A stretch of DNA of 51,210 bases, filler included, from Trypethelium eluteriae (Eukaryota): NCBI GenBank assembly GCA_051942245.1. It is 2 parts of 2 records of this genome, joined end to end, with 100 filler letters (N's around TTAATTAATTAA, not from the genome) between each part and the next. Parts side by side here need not be neighbours in the genome. Positions count along the whole stretch, not along the records: positions 1 to 25,563 come from JAVECL010000368.1; 1 more part is not named here. One strand, 5' to 3'. A program made the translations under genes and the position numbers. Under the pieces are notes generated by a model. It made no database searches, was not told where the DNA came from, and worked only from the letters and a program-made list of their open reading frames with translations. Positions 12,521-25,563 of the stretch are shown piece by piece. Position 1 is the stretch's first letter; every line of letters begins with the position of its first letter.

Positions 12521-15500
12521 TCAATCCGTCGTTGTCGTACTGGCCGTGTTATTGACCAGGTCGTCCAGCAATTTCTTCGGGTCATTCTCCACCCCGGATC
12601 CCAAGAATGCTCTTGCGAGGCGCTCCTGTCTAAGCCGTCAATGCACGAAGTAAGGCGACTTCTAGAGTGAGGACTACTTACGGCTTCCTCAAGCTCATGA
12701 ATTTCCTCTTCAGGCATAGTAGCGCAGGCAGCAACGATGTCTTCACCTTTGGCCGACAGCTTTATGAGCTCTTCAGCACGCTGAACGATCACTTGCGCGA
12801 TTCCATTCAGAGCAGCGCAGCTACGGAGAGGTATTATCAGGAATGAATCTCTGCCCTCAAGAAGATCAAGCACCTACCAGGTTCCGTAACTGGATATACT
12901 ACGACCAGGTCGAAGACTAATTTGATGAGCCTCCTGTTATCTCATAAGTCCTAAAACTTCGAGCGGAGACTTACTTGTAGAGGTAGGTGATCTGATTGTC
13001 AAATTCTGAAGCTTGGCTATCGACCTGCACCTCCATATGTCCAAATGCCAGTTGCGCTTTCTTCTCCAGGAAATCATTCTCAAATATTTCTAGGCACGTC
13101 AGTATCAGTTAACCCTGAGCAGAGAGTATCTTCGTACCATGAAAATGTGTCGCTGCGATGGCTTTTGGTTTTTCATTTCCCAATTCGAGAAGATGATTGA
13201 AGACACCAGCTGCCAGACCGGCACCATCTGTGTTCTTCTCAGTACGATGGTTGCCGAGCTATGCATCATGCACAAATGAACGAACCGCAAGAATCAGTTC
13301 CCTTGCCGAACTCGTCAATGACCAGCAAGCTACGCCTTGTCGCCATGTTCAGCATCAGGGAAATCTGCTGCAAATCGATCATGAATGCAGATTGCATCTG
13401 TAAAGGTCAGTCGTAATCAGACCTGAATCAGGTAGATTTTCACGATACCCTTGACACGGTCTCACGTGTTGAAATACGCGTGAGAATCTTATCTGTAAGA
13501 CCGATAGTTGCTTTTTGAGCGGGCACAAAACTGATACTCAAGTCAATTAAGTTGATTGGATTCAAGATAGAACAGAGTCCATTACCTTCCGACATGCGCC
13601 ATAAATGTTATGATCGCGACTTGCTTCAGATAAACGCTCTTTCCGGAATAGTTCGGTCCCGTCAACAAAAGTAAGCTCGGACTATCTTCTGCTTCAGACT
13701 GCGAGCGAGCTTGCTGGTGGGCAGTACCTCCGGTTTGTGCTTCTTCCCGGTCTCCGCCGACCAGGAAGGTATCGTTTGCGACGAACGATGGTACTGTCAG
13801 CTCTTGCAGAAGGTGGCTAGCCCCTATCAGCAAGGAGGATACTCATAAAGTCAGCGGAATAAACATACCGGCCTCCCTTCACCTCGATGATGTTCTGTTC
13901 CGTCAATCTTGGTCTGCACAGATTCAGGTTTTTGGCTCCTTGAGCCAGTGCAAGGAGACTGCTGAGGTCAGCCGAGGAGTACATACGCTTGAGAACGGAC
14001 CTTTTACCTATCGAGCTCCCCACAAATGTCCGATGCTACTGTGAGTAGTGGTTCATATTCCAGTACGAATTGCGCAAGCTCATGCACCAGCTCGATTTCT
14101 CTGTCTACACATGATTGTCAATGAACGATCAATGGAACATTCTGGTCATTTCAAACGGGTGACTATACCGCAGATTACAGAGTAAATATCTCCAAGGTCT
14201 TCGTCCATGGCGGTCATTTTACTGTTCTTGAAATAGGCAATGTCGTTCGTAGTGAATATTCGTTCCCACGGATCGTCCACACTACCATCGTATACTGGTT
14301 CTCCGGTCGCAGCATCTAAACCCATGGCGATGAGAAATCCGATTTGGGGAAAAAATATCACGTTTAGATTAGCCCCGAGTGCTTGCGGAACACCGGTGGA
14401 GATATGGTCTGCAACTGATGATAACAGAATCTCAATGCCGTCGAACCTTCGCTTCATCTCATCAAGTCTGTCATCAATGCCGCGTTGGATCACGGTACGA
14501 TGATTCTCAGCGGATTCCTCAAAGTCGATAATTTCGCTAATACGACGACCAACCTGGGCGAAATGATAGCCTTCAAATTTCTCCATGATCTTGTGACGGA
14601 TTGGTAATTCCTCCGCGCCAATGAGCTCCTGGAAGACATCGCGGATCTTTAACGCATGGAATGCAAAGTTTCGGATGCTTGCCCACGCACCCCGGGCAAT
14701 CCCTCCGCCGGTACCAGCACTCCCACTGACGCCTTTATGCATCTGGATCAGAACTGGTCGCATGTTTTTTATCTGAGCAAGCTTTCTGGAGAGGTCACTC
14801 AACGGGTTGGCGTTGTCCGGTCTCGTGAAGACGCTGACCGTGTCAAGCCGCTCGTTGATCACTTCTGGATTCTGACTTGGGCGTAGGAAATACTGTCTTA
14901 ACAAAAATTTGCCCTGTGGTGTTCGTGCCAGATGATTAAATAGTCCATAGATGGAGAGACCTTCTTTCGAGCCGGATGTCGATTTGGTGGGCCCTTGGTT
15001 GTGGCTGTGTGGATGCGACTCGGACTGTATGATCTGAAGCGAAAGTAGCGTGTCCATGTTGACGAACCTTGTACAGTAATTAGTGCAAAATACACTAGAG
15101 TTTCTTCATCTTACATTGATCCGCTAAGAGTGAACATCTCGAGGATAGATATTCTCAACAGCGCTTGCGCCGCTTCATCTCCAGGTAGGAAAGTGGCCAC
15201 TCTACGTCTTTGTAGGTAGGTCATCAATGCTCCGGCACATCCGACCTATATCTTGTCAGCTTTATATACTTCCAACCGATACTATCTCACTAACAGTGAG
15301 CCGGCTTTCAACATCAATCCAGGCCGAGAGGCGAAGAACGCGGCCTTGACGTCCAGCCCAACTATCACCCTCACGATCCAGACATCTATCACTTGCCTGC
15401 ACATCACCCGGGACTACGAAGTTTACTTGTGGTCCGCCGTCGGTACCGAGATTCAAAGTCAACAGCTTATCTTTACCGCCTTCGTAAGAAAACTCGCCTG

Positions 15501-16297
15501 AGGGGCGTATATCGAAAAGGTATGGTAATCGGAACTGATCACCTACAAAAGGGGTTAAATCAGCGATTTCGCTAAGGGTCTCACGTACTGCATCCACTCA
15601 AAGAGCCTTGCGTTCTCGCATCTGGATCAAGTCGCTCCACCACAGCATCATCGGCGCGGCCTGGAAGGAGCACAACGGTTGGCTCAATGAAAAGCTTCAC
15701 TGTGAAAGTAATTAGTATGTAAAGCGGCTAGCGCTCAACTCACATACGGGCGTCCACGACATCGAGGCCTCCGAGCTTGACGTCTTCCATGAAATACAGT
15801 TTCTCGTCTCGTGCAACGTAATAGCAGCATCCTACGTCGCCTCGACCCCTCATATCAACGGCCATTACCACTTCATTAAGCGCATCGGCATCTGGGTCAA
15901 CTTCGCCGGCGGGTATCTGATCATCCTCAGTGTGCTCCGCCCTGTTGGATGGAACCATGTGGACACGAGGGGCCCCTATGGACTGAGGTTCGGAGGTCTG
16001 AAGACCAGTAGAGCGGCCTTGAGAATAGTTCTGGAGGCTGCTTGGCGCTCGCAAGCTCTGTCTCAGGCGAATTAGTAGATCTGATGCCTGTAGATTTGGC
16101 GCATTCGGAGCCAGAGCACTTGCTGCCCTCGAGCTCGGTGGACTACTCACCACGCGACCGGGAGCAACGGAGTTGGGTCGACTGCGAACCGATGCGCTTG
16201 AAGCCAAGGAATGCTGTCGTGACTGACTATTACGCGAAGATAATGCGGCCAATGTACGCTGCCTCGAAGAGGTGCGTGAGGGTTTCTTGAAATTCAT
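12521..16297 (-). CDS. MSH5: Meiotic MutS homolog 5, many introns
   Basis: [31 protein letters not shown], Walker [45 protein letters not shown]; last exon ERLARAFLG...TTD* ends at 12521. Confidence 0.92.
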
Positions 16298-16733
16298 AGT
16301 TCGCTCACCCCCGCAGGCGTATCACAACAGATTTGGAAATCCTATGATACAGCTGGATTTACAGGAAAAAGGAAGACACTTTGGCGGATTGAGTTAGGTA
16401 GGTACCTGATCTTTGCTGAAGGGGTATTGACGCGTTAGGCAGCCGCCAGGTGAAGTAGGAAATACGTCACATAGACTTGAACACCCTCGAATCTGCGAAA
16501 ATGACAAGCATATCAAAGACACGTGGCACGCCCGATGGAAATCGTCTATACGAGATCGCAATGTTCAGATATTGAGTAAATAACAAGAGCTGGGTGATTG
16601 GGTATATAACAGAAGCTAAGTAACAAATGGCACCATATGCTATGCAAAGCGGTTGTCAACCTATTCAGATATACAAGATGAAGTGGAGTTCATACTATAC
16701 ACCTTGAGACGGGTCATTAATCCATCCTCAATT

Positions 16734-19136
16734 TCATGGGGCAACTATATGCAAGCCCTGATCATTATCATTGATTGCGACTTTTGCAACATCGCCAGAC
16801 TTCAACTCTCCGCGAATAATCTTGTCAGCAAGACCGTTCCCAATCTGTTTCGCAATGAGACGATTAAGCGGCCGTGCACCATATCGAGGCTCGTAGCCCT
16901 TTTCGCAGAGCCATCGCTTCACTTCATCGGGGACTTCGAGAGTGATGCGGCGATCGTCTAACTTCACCTGGAGCTCCCTCAGCCTTATTCCCAATATCTC
17001 CCGGAGAGTCTCTCTGCTTAATCGGTTGAAGATAATGAACTCATCAATGCGATTGAGGAATTCGGGAGGATACGATACGTTGACAATATCCATGACGGAC
17101 TTTTTGACAGCAGGCGACAGTTGTTCCTCTTCATTGCTAGCCTTATTGTCGGCTATTGCCTGTGCCCCGCCCTTGTGCATGTGAATTGGATCGGTACCAG
17201 TTATAACCTCTGCACCGAGGTTTGACGTTAAGACGATGATTGTGTTTCGGAAATCGACACGGTGACCCTGTGCATCCGTGAGAAACCCCTCATCCAGAAC
17301 CTGGAGTAGTAAAGCTGAAACATTCTTGTGGGCTTTCTCAAACTCGTCCAGTAAGACGACAGCATACGGTTTTCGTCTTACAGCTTCGGTGAGCTGTCCA
17401 GCGTCTTCATAACCGACATAACCAGCTGGACTTCCGATGAGTCTACTGACCGTGTGACCCTCTTTGAATTCCGACATGTCGAAGCGAACAACGGCACGCT
17501 CAGTAGAGAATAAGAACTCAGCCATGCGTTTACACAATTCCGTCTTTCCCACACCCGTAGGCCCGAGAAACATGAAGGACGCCAACGGGCGATTCTCGCC
17601 ACTAAGCCCTGCACGTTGCATGCGAACTGCATTCGCAACTGCTGCGAGGGCCTCATCTTGGCCTCGGACAGACTCTCGTAGAGTGTCTTCCATATGCACG
17701 AGTTTAGCGATGTCTTCCGCCATCAGCTTGGCAACAGGAATACCAGTGGTCCGAGATACTACATTGGCAATATCATCAGGCGTGACGATATCGTGAAGGA
17801 GCGAGTCTGAAGATGCGGCAGCTTCCGAGCCCTCTTGGGGTAGCCTCTGCTCCAAGGATGGTATGGTGGAGTATCGTAGCTCACTAGCTTTCCCGAAATT
17901 GCCTTCCCTTTGGGCTCGTTCCAAGTCCAGCCTTGCTTTCTCCAAGTCTTCTTTAACGGTCTTCATAGCATCAATCTCTTGCCGCTCTTTCTCCCATTTC
18001 TCATTCAATTCGGCTACCTGCTGCTGTTTGGACTTCAAGGTGCCTTCAAGCTTTTCTCTTCGCTCCTGGCTTGATATGTCAGTCTCCTTCCGAAGCGACT
18101 CGAGCTCGATTTGGATGGTCATAATCTGTCGATCAAGCTCTTGGATGGCGTCTGGCTTGCTTTCTTGCTGGAGACGTAGCGCACTTGCTGCCTCATCTAC
18201 GAGATCTATCGCCTTGTCTGGAAGAAAGCGATCTGTGATATACCGGTTACTGTAGGTCGCAGCAGCAACTAGAGCTGCATCAGATATACGAACGCCGTGA
18301 TGCACCTCATATTTGTTTCGCAATCCTCGGAGAATTGATATCGTAGACGGAACGTCTGGTTCACCAACTTGAATTGGTTGAAATCTGCGTGCGAGCGCGA
18401 CGTCTTTCTCAATCTGCCGGTATTCATTAAGGGTGGTAGCGCCGCAACACTGTAGTTCTCCACGAGCAAGCATTGGCTTGAGTAGATTGCTGGCATCAAT
18501 GCTTCCTTCCGCCTTGCCCAACCCCAGCAATGTATGTAACTCATCGATGAAGAGTATGACGCCACCTTGGGCTTCACCGACTTCCTTCAGTACTTTTTTC
18601 AACCGTTCCTCGAAATCACCTCTGAATTTTGCTCCGGCAATCAATTGTCCAAGGTCTAACGCAATGACTCTCTTCTCTTTGATACTCTCGGGGACATCGC
18701 CCTTTATAATGCGCTGTGCCAACCCTTCCAAGATAGCTGTCTTTCCCGTTCCCGCAGCCCCTATAACAACCGGGTTGTTCTTGGTCCGACGACTGAGGAT
18801 CTGAATGGTCCTACGGATTTCTGCATCCCTTCCGATGACAGGGTCAAGCTTTCCATCTTTCGCTCGTGCAGTAAGGTCTATACCGTATTGTTCAAGCGCA
18901 GGCTTTTCCTCCTCTTGCTGTCCACCGAGATTCATACGATGTGTTCCACCAGGTGGATGGGGTCGACCGTTTGCATAGCTTCGCGCACCGGGGATCGTGA
19001 CCTGGCCAAGTTTCCATGATGATTCCGAAAAAAGTTCTGCTCGCGAGAAAGTCGTAGGTCTCAAGGCTGTCCTGGAGAATTTCGTTCCGCGAATTGGAAA
19101 GCGTCTGCCGCCGATGCTTCTGACCGCGGTCAACAT
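16734..19136 (-). CDS. HSP78: Mitochondrial ClpB-type disaggregase Hsp78, single exon
   Basis: Arg-rich presequence, no ClpB N-domain, two AAA+ modules ([31 protein letters not shown]), [20 protein letters not shown]. Confidence 0.95.
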   Translation of the reverse strand: MLTAVRSIGGRRFPIRGTKFSRTALRPTTFSRAELFSESSWKLGQVTIPGARSYANGRPHPPGGTHRMNLGGQQEEEKPALEQYGIDLTARAKDGKLDPVIGRDAEIRRTIQILSRRTKNNPVVIGAAGTGKTAILEGLAQRIIKGDVPESIKEKRVIALDLGQLIAGAKFRGDFEERLKKVLKEVGEAQGGVILFIDELHTLLGLGKAEGSIDASNLLKPMLARGELQCCGATTLNEYRQIEKDVALARRFQPIQVGEPDVPSTISILRGLRNKYEVHHGVRISDAALVAAATYSNRYITDRFLPDKAIDLVDEAASALRLQQESKPDAIQELDRQIMTIQIELESLRKETDISSQERREKLEGTLKSKQQQVAELNEKWEKERQEIDAMKTVKEDLEKARLDLERAQREGNFGKASELRYSTIPSLEQRLPQEGSEAAASSDSLLHDIVTPDDIANVVSRTTGIPVAKLMAEDIAKLVHMEDTLRESVRGQDEALAAVANAVRMQRAGLSGENRPLASFMFLGPTGVGKTELCKRMAEFLFSTERAVVRFDMSEFKEGHTVSRLIGSPAGYVGYEDAGQLTEAVRRKPYAVVLLDEFEKAHKNVSALLLQVLDEGFLTDAQGHRVDFRNTIIVLTSNLGAEVITGTDPIHMHKGGAQAIADNKASNEEEQLSPAVKKSVMDIVNVSYPPEFLNRIDEFIIFNRLSRETLREILGIRLRELQVKLDDRRITLEVPDEVKRWLCEKGYEPRYGARPLNRLIAKQIGNGLADKIIRGELKSGDVAKVAINDNDQGLHIVAP

Positions 19137-19220
19137 CTTGATCAAATATTTCCCAAGATATGAGGTCTCGCAAACCAGGAGAGGATGAAAGTATTGAAGA
19201 AGGTAGGTGGCCAGCCACTT

Positions 19221-19230
19221 GGAAGGTTCT
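19221..19230. promoter_or_regulatory. Candidate heat-shock element (nGAAnnTTCn) in the HSP78/EF-1beta divergent promoter
   Basis: GGAAGGTTCT about 85 nt upstream of the HSP78 ATG; only two pentamer units, so weak. Confidence 0.3.
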
Positions 19231-19477
19231 GCTACGGCATGGCGGCTTCTTGACGCTTCGACAAAAAAATGACATCAAAAAAATGAGCTCCGCGGTTTTG
19301 GATACGGAGTGCAACCGCACGCTAACCGTAGGGAGATTAGAGCTCTCCCGACAGTCACACCTGCATTTTTTGACTCAAGATTTACTGTGTTCACAACGTT
19401 TCACTCCAACAGCTATAAGCGACGCATATTCCCAAATTTCGGATATCCCTCATTGAGACCTCAATTACCGGTTCAAA

Positions 19478-20525
19478 ATGGGTTTCACCGACTTCGTTTC
19501 CGATTCTGGCTTGACTCGTACGTCTCAAAAACTGCTACTGCAGACCAATACATTCTGCGAAATGCGACTGACCAAAGGATACAGTTCTGGAGCACTGGAT
19601 TACGACTCGCAGCTACGTCGTCGGGTACGCGTATTCGTCCATATCCAAACTTCCCCCCAATCCTTCATTGATGAAAAAAATTGGTCCGTGTTTATGAGGC
19701 GGCTTAAGACCCCGCCAACTGATTTCGAAACAAAGTGTTCAGCACAATTCTGATCGATGCTCATTTTACCTGCTCCATTTCCTAGCTCTTACAGGCGAAC
19801 ATGCTTCCTAACATTGACCAGGTACACTCCTTCACAAGCAGATGTCAAGTGTTTCCAACAATTCAAGACAGCTCCCGCCGTGGAAAAATACCCACATGCC
19901 TACCGCTGGTACAAGCACATTGCTAGCTTTGAGCCAGAGTTCTCTTCTCTTCCTGGCGACCCATCGAAAGCACACACGGCTTACGGCCCTGAATCCACGG
20001 AGCTGCCAGTGAACCCTGCCAAGGCTCCAGCAAAGGAGGAAGATGACGATGACGTCGACCTATTCGGCTCAGATGACGAGGAGGAAGATGCTGAGGCGGT
20101 TCGCATAAGGGAAGAGCGGTTGGCAGAGTACAAGAAGAAGAAAGAGGGCAAAACCAAGCCTGCAGCGAAATCACTCGTCACACTGGACGTTAAACCATGG
20201 GGTATGTTCTGTTTCTTGGAGTGCGTAACGCACCGATATCGTTCTTTAGACTCACTACCTATATTACCCGTTCTATGCTAACCTCATGTTCCCAGATGAC
20301 GAAACAGTTATGAAGGAGCTTGAAGAGAATGTGCGAAAGATTGATAAGGATGGTCTTGTTTGGGGTGCTTCCAAATTCGTTGCCGTCGGCTTCGGTATCA
20401 AGAAGTTACAGATCAACCTGGTTGTTGAGGATGAGAAGATTTCTCTCGATGACCTCCAGGCAGAGATCGAGGAAGATGAAGATCACGTCCAGTCTACTGA
20501 TATAGCTGCTATGCAAAAGCTATAG
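19478..20525 (+). CDS. EFB1: Translation elongation factor 1-beta, 4 exons
   Basis: [77 protein letters not shown]. Confidence 0.96.
19664..19757 (+). ncRNA. snR18: Box C/D snoRNA U18/snR18 in EF-1beta intron 2
   Basis: Box C TGATGA 19669-19674; guide TTGGTCCGTGTTT 19681-19693, complementary to the LSU rRNA segment AAACACGGACCAA; D' ATGA 19694-19697; GGCGG/CCGCC stem; box D CTGA 19750-19753. Host intron 19625-19821; yeast snR18 also lies in an EFB1 intron. Confidence 0.9.
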
Positions 20526-20921
20526 CGCTTCTGTTCACATAGCACATCGCACTCACAGATGTAGCATTCGGAAATCGACTGAAGGTGTAGAGAGTGATTG
20601 CCGACTTTGACAGTGCATGAGTGTAATGTGATATAGACAAATATGAAAAATGATTTTACAATGTCGATTTCTTGCCCGCATTCTATGAACGAAAAATTTA
20701 TGCTATGCCTTTCTCGAGGAGCAACCTAATATTGTCAGAAGTTGATAGACCATGAGATCTGATTCTGCTATGCACAGCGGACGTCTTCGGTGCCGCGGAA
20801 TGGCGAGACGCATTTCAGCCCTACCGAAAGGGTCAGGCAACTTTGCCGAGTGAATATTGCAATAGGATCAAACATCGCCATCTCGTCGTAGTACCCTTGA
20901 CAAACCAGCACACTATCAAAG

Positions 20922-21457
20922 ATGGGGTTTCTCTCCACGGTTTTTACAAGCTTTGGTCTCGTCTTCTTATCCCACGCGTAAGGAATACCAAGTCCATCTT
21001 AACATGAATGTCTCTCCTCTAATACGACTACCAGTGTCTACTCAGCCTACGAGCACTCCCTCTTACTATCCTCAGCCTCAAGTCCCGCGAGTTCAGCGTC
21101 TTCTTCCGCCATTGATCTTCCTATTGATGTTATATTGGAGCTTCTGATTTCCACACTTGTTACATGCGCAGGTATTGTGCTGGGCAGTCCACAGTTGCGG
21201 CCAATCCAGTGGAGTGTATGGGCCGGAAAAGTGGAACGGGAGGGGAGGAAACCCGGAGCATGGGAGGAAGGAGTGGGGAATCCATTTAGGAGCTTAGACG
21301 AGAGGCTTGGATTCTTGGATATAAGGGTATGTTGAAGCATGCAGTTCTTTACTCGGTACTGTACCGGTGACTTAGACTGACAAGGTTCCTATAGGCACAA
21401 CGAAAGCAATTTGCAGATTGGGTCAGAAACGGGCAGGGAGCACAATCTAAAGGATGA
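20922..21457 (+). CDS. EMC5: ER membrane complex subunit 5 / MMgT family membrane protein, 3 exons
   Basis: Spliced: MGFLSTVFTSFGLVFLSHAVYSAYEH...LPIDVILELL...LRPIQWSVWAG...NPFRSLDERLGFLDIRAQRKQFADW; two TM segments. Confidence 0.85.
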
Positions 21458-21636
21458 ATTGCTACCTGACAATGAATTTGCCTAGCGTTGCTAAATTACA
21501 CGCTCATCTATGAATACTCAGGAATATAATACCCTCGGCGAACAAGCGTTTAATCCCTCTATGCAGAGAACTGGCACGGTTCTTTTCAGTAGTCTGTGTC
21601 AGCTGATAGACCAGCTTCAATTCGAGCGCAGGCTTT

Positions 21637-22917
21637 CTATACTTCTGGATACACGTCCCTATAACGATATTAGTCAAGAACACTTTTTGGATCGCAGGTC
21701 CTCCACTAACGTTCTTCTTAGCAAGGGCATCAATATCTTTATTCTCTGGACCTCATCCAGATCAATATCAGCAGTGATGATCTCTGGGCCTTTGTCTTCG
21801 CCGCCTAACTCTGCGAGGACTTCACCCCATGGCGAAACAATCATTGAGTGTCCGTAGCTGACTCGCTTCTGATTATGATAGCCTACTTGAGCACCTGCGA
21901 GGACATATGTCTGAGTCTCAATAGCCCGACCGCGAAGGAGCGTTTCCCAATGAGCCTTGCCTGTCGGGACTGTGAAGGCCGAGGGAAATGTGATAATCTG
22001 CGCATTTTGGCGCTTCAAAGCAAGTGAAATTTCAGGGAAGCGCAGCTTGACCATGTCAATGAAGCTTTGACAAACATATGAGAGCAGCTTACATCAAAAC
22101 AGATCGTCAGACCTACCCGGCCCACAGGCGTATTGAATGGTGGTAGTATCGAGTTGCCCGGCTCTACGCTATCACTCTCTCTCATGATAGGTCCACCCTC
22201 AACCTCTACATCGAACAGATGCAGCTTTTGATATCGCTGCACAATCTCACCAGCCTCATCAATCCATAAGAGTGTATTCTTAACTCTTTGGCCACCGCTC
22301 GTAGGTTCATGCACGCCAACGTTTATTGGCAGCTTCGCTCTACGAGCCTCTTCTTGAATACCCAGTACGAATTCGCTTTCCTGAACCGACTTCACAAGCG
22401 ATACTGTCTCAGCAGCGCTGCCAGCTATGTAGTCTGACGCTTCAGGTAGGAACAGGGCCTACGCAGCTATCAGACATCAGTCGAGCCAGCCTCTGTCCGA
22501 CTGTAGTTGGTATTGACCTTAGCGCCTGCCGCGATAGCTTTTTGGATGACCTGCCGGCATAGGCCCAGATTGTGAGCCATGGATGATGTAGAGCATATTT
22601 GACCTACGGCCTAAGTGGGTAGGGTTGGTTAGCTTAGGCACAGAAAGGCAGACGCACGAACCCCTAAGATCTAATGATAGAAGCTCAAATTTCTCAGTAG
22701 CGGCGGGCCAAGAGATAAGCAGGGATGCAAGGTCAATACAAGATTACATCAGAAATATTAAAACAAGTGAGTCCAGGTAAAAGAAAGGAAAGGAATGGAA
22801 AGAAAGGTGCTGTTTGTTTTGGGGCTCCGCTCAGTGAAGCCGGAGTTACGCTTGATTATCGCAAAGAAAGTCACGCCATCAAGTTTGAATCGGGGACCCA
22901 CTCACGGCGATCGCCAT
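21637..22917 (-). CDS. Nitrilase-superfamily amidase (deaminated-glutathione amidase, yeast Nit2/human NIT1-like)
   Basis: MAIA|AVGQICST, ALFLPEASDY, YQKLHLFD, GLTICFDLRFPE (Glu-Lys-Cys triad), PSAFTVPTGKAHWE, RAIETQ, SYGHSMIVSPWG, RRTDVYPEV*. Confidence 0.9.
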
Positions 22918-23277
22918 ATCTGGGAATATGGAGTACAGATGCGAGTGTCGTGTGTGAATATGTGAGATTAGTAGAGCAAGTGCATGCTATACGGAGTACT
23001 ATACTCCATAGATCAAGGTTTCGTTAGCCACCGGTGGGACCAAAGGTTTTGTTCGCGTCGGCTCGGAATCCATCGCGACAACAGGTCCAGACGTAATTAC
23101 CAACTTTTGGTGGCTGACCTCCCGCAGTCACTTTGACTATTTTTGCAATCTCTTTAAATGTTCTACACTCCCCGTTCAGTCCCATCCTAGCTATGCGCCA
23201 GTGGCGAGCAAGGTGTCGCTCTTCCACGTTGCGCTCATGATAATCTACGCATCTGGGCATTTTAGATCCCACCGGAG

Positions 23278-25563
23278 ATGACCACACCACCGGCCACGAA
23301 AGCAGGCTCAAGATGGGGCTCTTTCCTTTCCGGTGCTGTAGCAGGCATCGAGTCTCGATTGGATACTATTCTTGCAGAAGATAGCGACGCATCAGCACGA
23401 AGTAGGGCTGCAGAGAAAGCTGCTGCGGAAAAGGCTTCTGCGGAGAAGAATACTACAGCTGGAGATGAGCGCTCTACGATTAACGGGATAGAGGTGACAT
23501 CGACCTTAGCTGTGCCTCAACAAAGTATGCTCGGAGACTCATGTTTACTTGGATGTATGCTTACTATTAGGAAAGACAAAGCCCGCAGTACTTCACGCAA
23601 TCGAACAAACGAACGTCTCCAAGAGCGCCTCGCAAAGGTTGTAAATAGAGATTCTGATGGCATCAAATCTCCGAGGTCTTCTTCAGATACTCCGTCAACC
23701 GCAAGTCCCGCAGGCGGTACATTCCCTGGTACAGACTTGAAGACTCCGGACTTACTGACTGACTCGACATCGAGTCAGACGATAGAAACAGGCATAACTG
23801 CAGTAGAGGATAATTCTAGTATCTCTGGAAATGAAGTAGGAGCTCAAGATAGTAGACCAGGTGCACAAGAGGAAAAGCCTACGCTTTTGACATCAAGGCT
23901 CCCGATTAATCCGTCTAGAACATCAGTCGATTCAGCCTCCATTCGCCTATCTCTCGATGCCACAGCAAGGTCTTCAATTGAAGCTATAACACCCGATCCC
24001 GATCAAGAATCTTCCAGCCTCACGGATCAGAAGCCCCTAGGAACACTTGCGGTGTCACCGATATCATCCCAGATTAATAACGATCCTCTTCAAGAGCGAA
24101 CGCTCGCTGAGCACGAAGCCGAGCTAGAAAAACTGCGAACCGAACATCGCGACGAGCTGAACGCACACCTCGAGCGCATAGATGCTCTACAAGCGAAACT
24201 TACTCTGCTTGCTCGATCGACAGCCGCAACCGCTCAGGCCGCTTCCAAGGCTGCTGCTTACGACAGTCCTGACCAGAAAATTGCAGAGCGTGATGAGAGG
24301 ATAGCACAATTGTTGGAAGAAGGGACAAAATTGAGCGCTACAGAAATAAAGCATTTAGGGATCATCAAGAAATTAAGGTCGCGTGTCACGGAAGAAGAAA
24401 AAGCCAAAGAGGATTTGAAGAAGAGGCTTTCTAGAGTGGAGAGCACTGTGCAGGATGCAAACGAGCGTGCAAGAAGAGCAGAGACGGAGCTGAAAGTAAC
24501 CGGAGAAAAGATTAAGCGCATTGGAAGACTAGAAGGAGAGGTCGAAGCATTGAGAGCAGAAAGGGATGGATACAGCACGACGATCTTGGAGCTACAGTCA
24601 CAGCTTGAAGAGAGCAGGCAAAAGGCAGACGAAGCTGATAAGAAGGTCCAATCTGGGGCTTTGGAGGCAAAGAAAAGAGCAGCGGACGATCTAGCTGAGC
24701 AGCTTGAAAACGCTCGTATCGAGAAGAAACTACTAGAGGAAAGACTCAGGACGGACATCAAGCAAGCTGAAGAAGACGCTCAGCGAAAAGAGGAGCAAGC
24801 CAAGGTATCGGAAATGGAGCTCAAAGCGGAGATTGCGGTAAGTCATCGTCCTCGCCGTAGATCATGGCGGATTGTACTCATAACTCGAAAGAACCTCGAA
24901 AGCAAGATCGAACTACTCCGCACCCGAACCGAAGAAGCTTCCTCCAATCCAGCTGGTGATTCCCAGGCGAAACTCCTACGTCAGATAGAGACTCTCCAGA
25001 CTCAGTACGCTTTTGCCAGTGAGAATTGGCAGGGTATCGAAAGCACGCTTACTGCGAGAGTTGCTGCCTTGGAGAAGGAACGAGACGAGACCGCCAAGCG
25101 TGAAAGCGAAGTTCGCCGTAAAGCCCGAGACGTTGGCATCAGATCGCGAGCATTGGAAGAAGATCTTGAGGCGGCAAATCAGCATCGGCACATCCTCGAG
25201 CAAGATCTAGAATCGGTTCATCCCCAACTTCAAAAGCTACAAGACCGATCCAAGGAAGTTGAGACCGCATTTGCAAATATGAAGGCGGATTTTGAGCGAG
25301 AGCGGCAAGTCTGGGAGAGTGAACAGAGGCGCAAGTTGCAAGAAGAAAGAGCGAAGTGGCAACTAGAACTTCATGCAGTCCAACAGAATGCCCTTCTCGA
25401 GCAGCACAAAACCACACGGAATCACGAGGGAACCAGCGCCTTCAGCAGCCGCAAGGGCTCGACGCCAGACCTCTCCAACAACCTCTACAGCAGACGCTCG
25501 CAAAACCAAAGCCGCAACCACTTCTCCTCCGAACTCTCCATCCCCGGCCTCACCGATCGCGAC
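23278..25563 (+). CDS. TMF1/Sgm1-like golgin coiled-coil protein, 3' truncated at contig end
   Basis: N-terminal WGSFLSGAVAGIESRLDTIL, IAQLLEEGTKLS..E.K...IIKKLR, KLLRQIETLQTQY..ASENWQGIE; two in-frame introns (23525-23575, 24838-24891). Confidence 0.8.
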
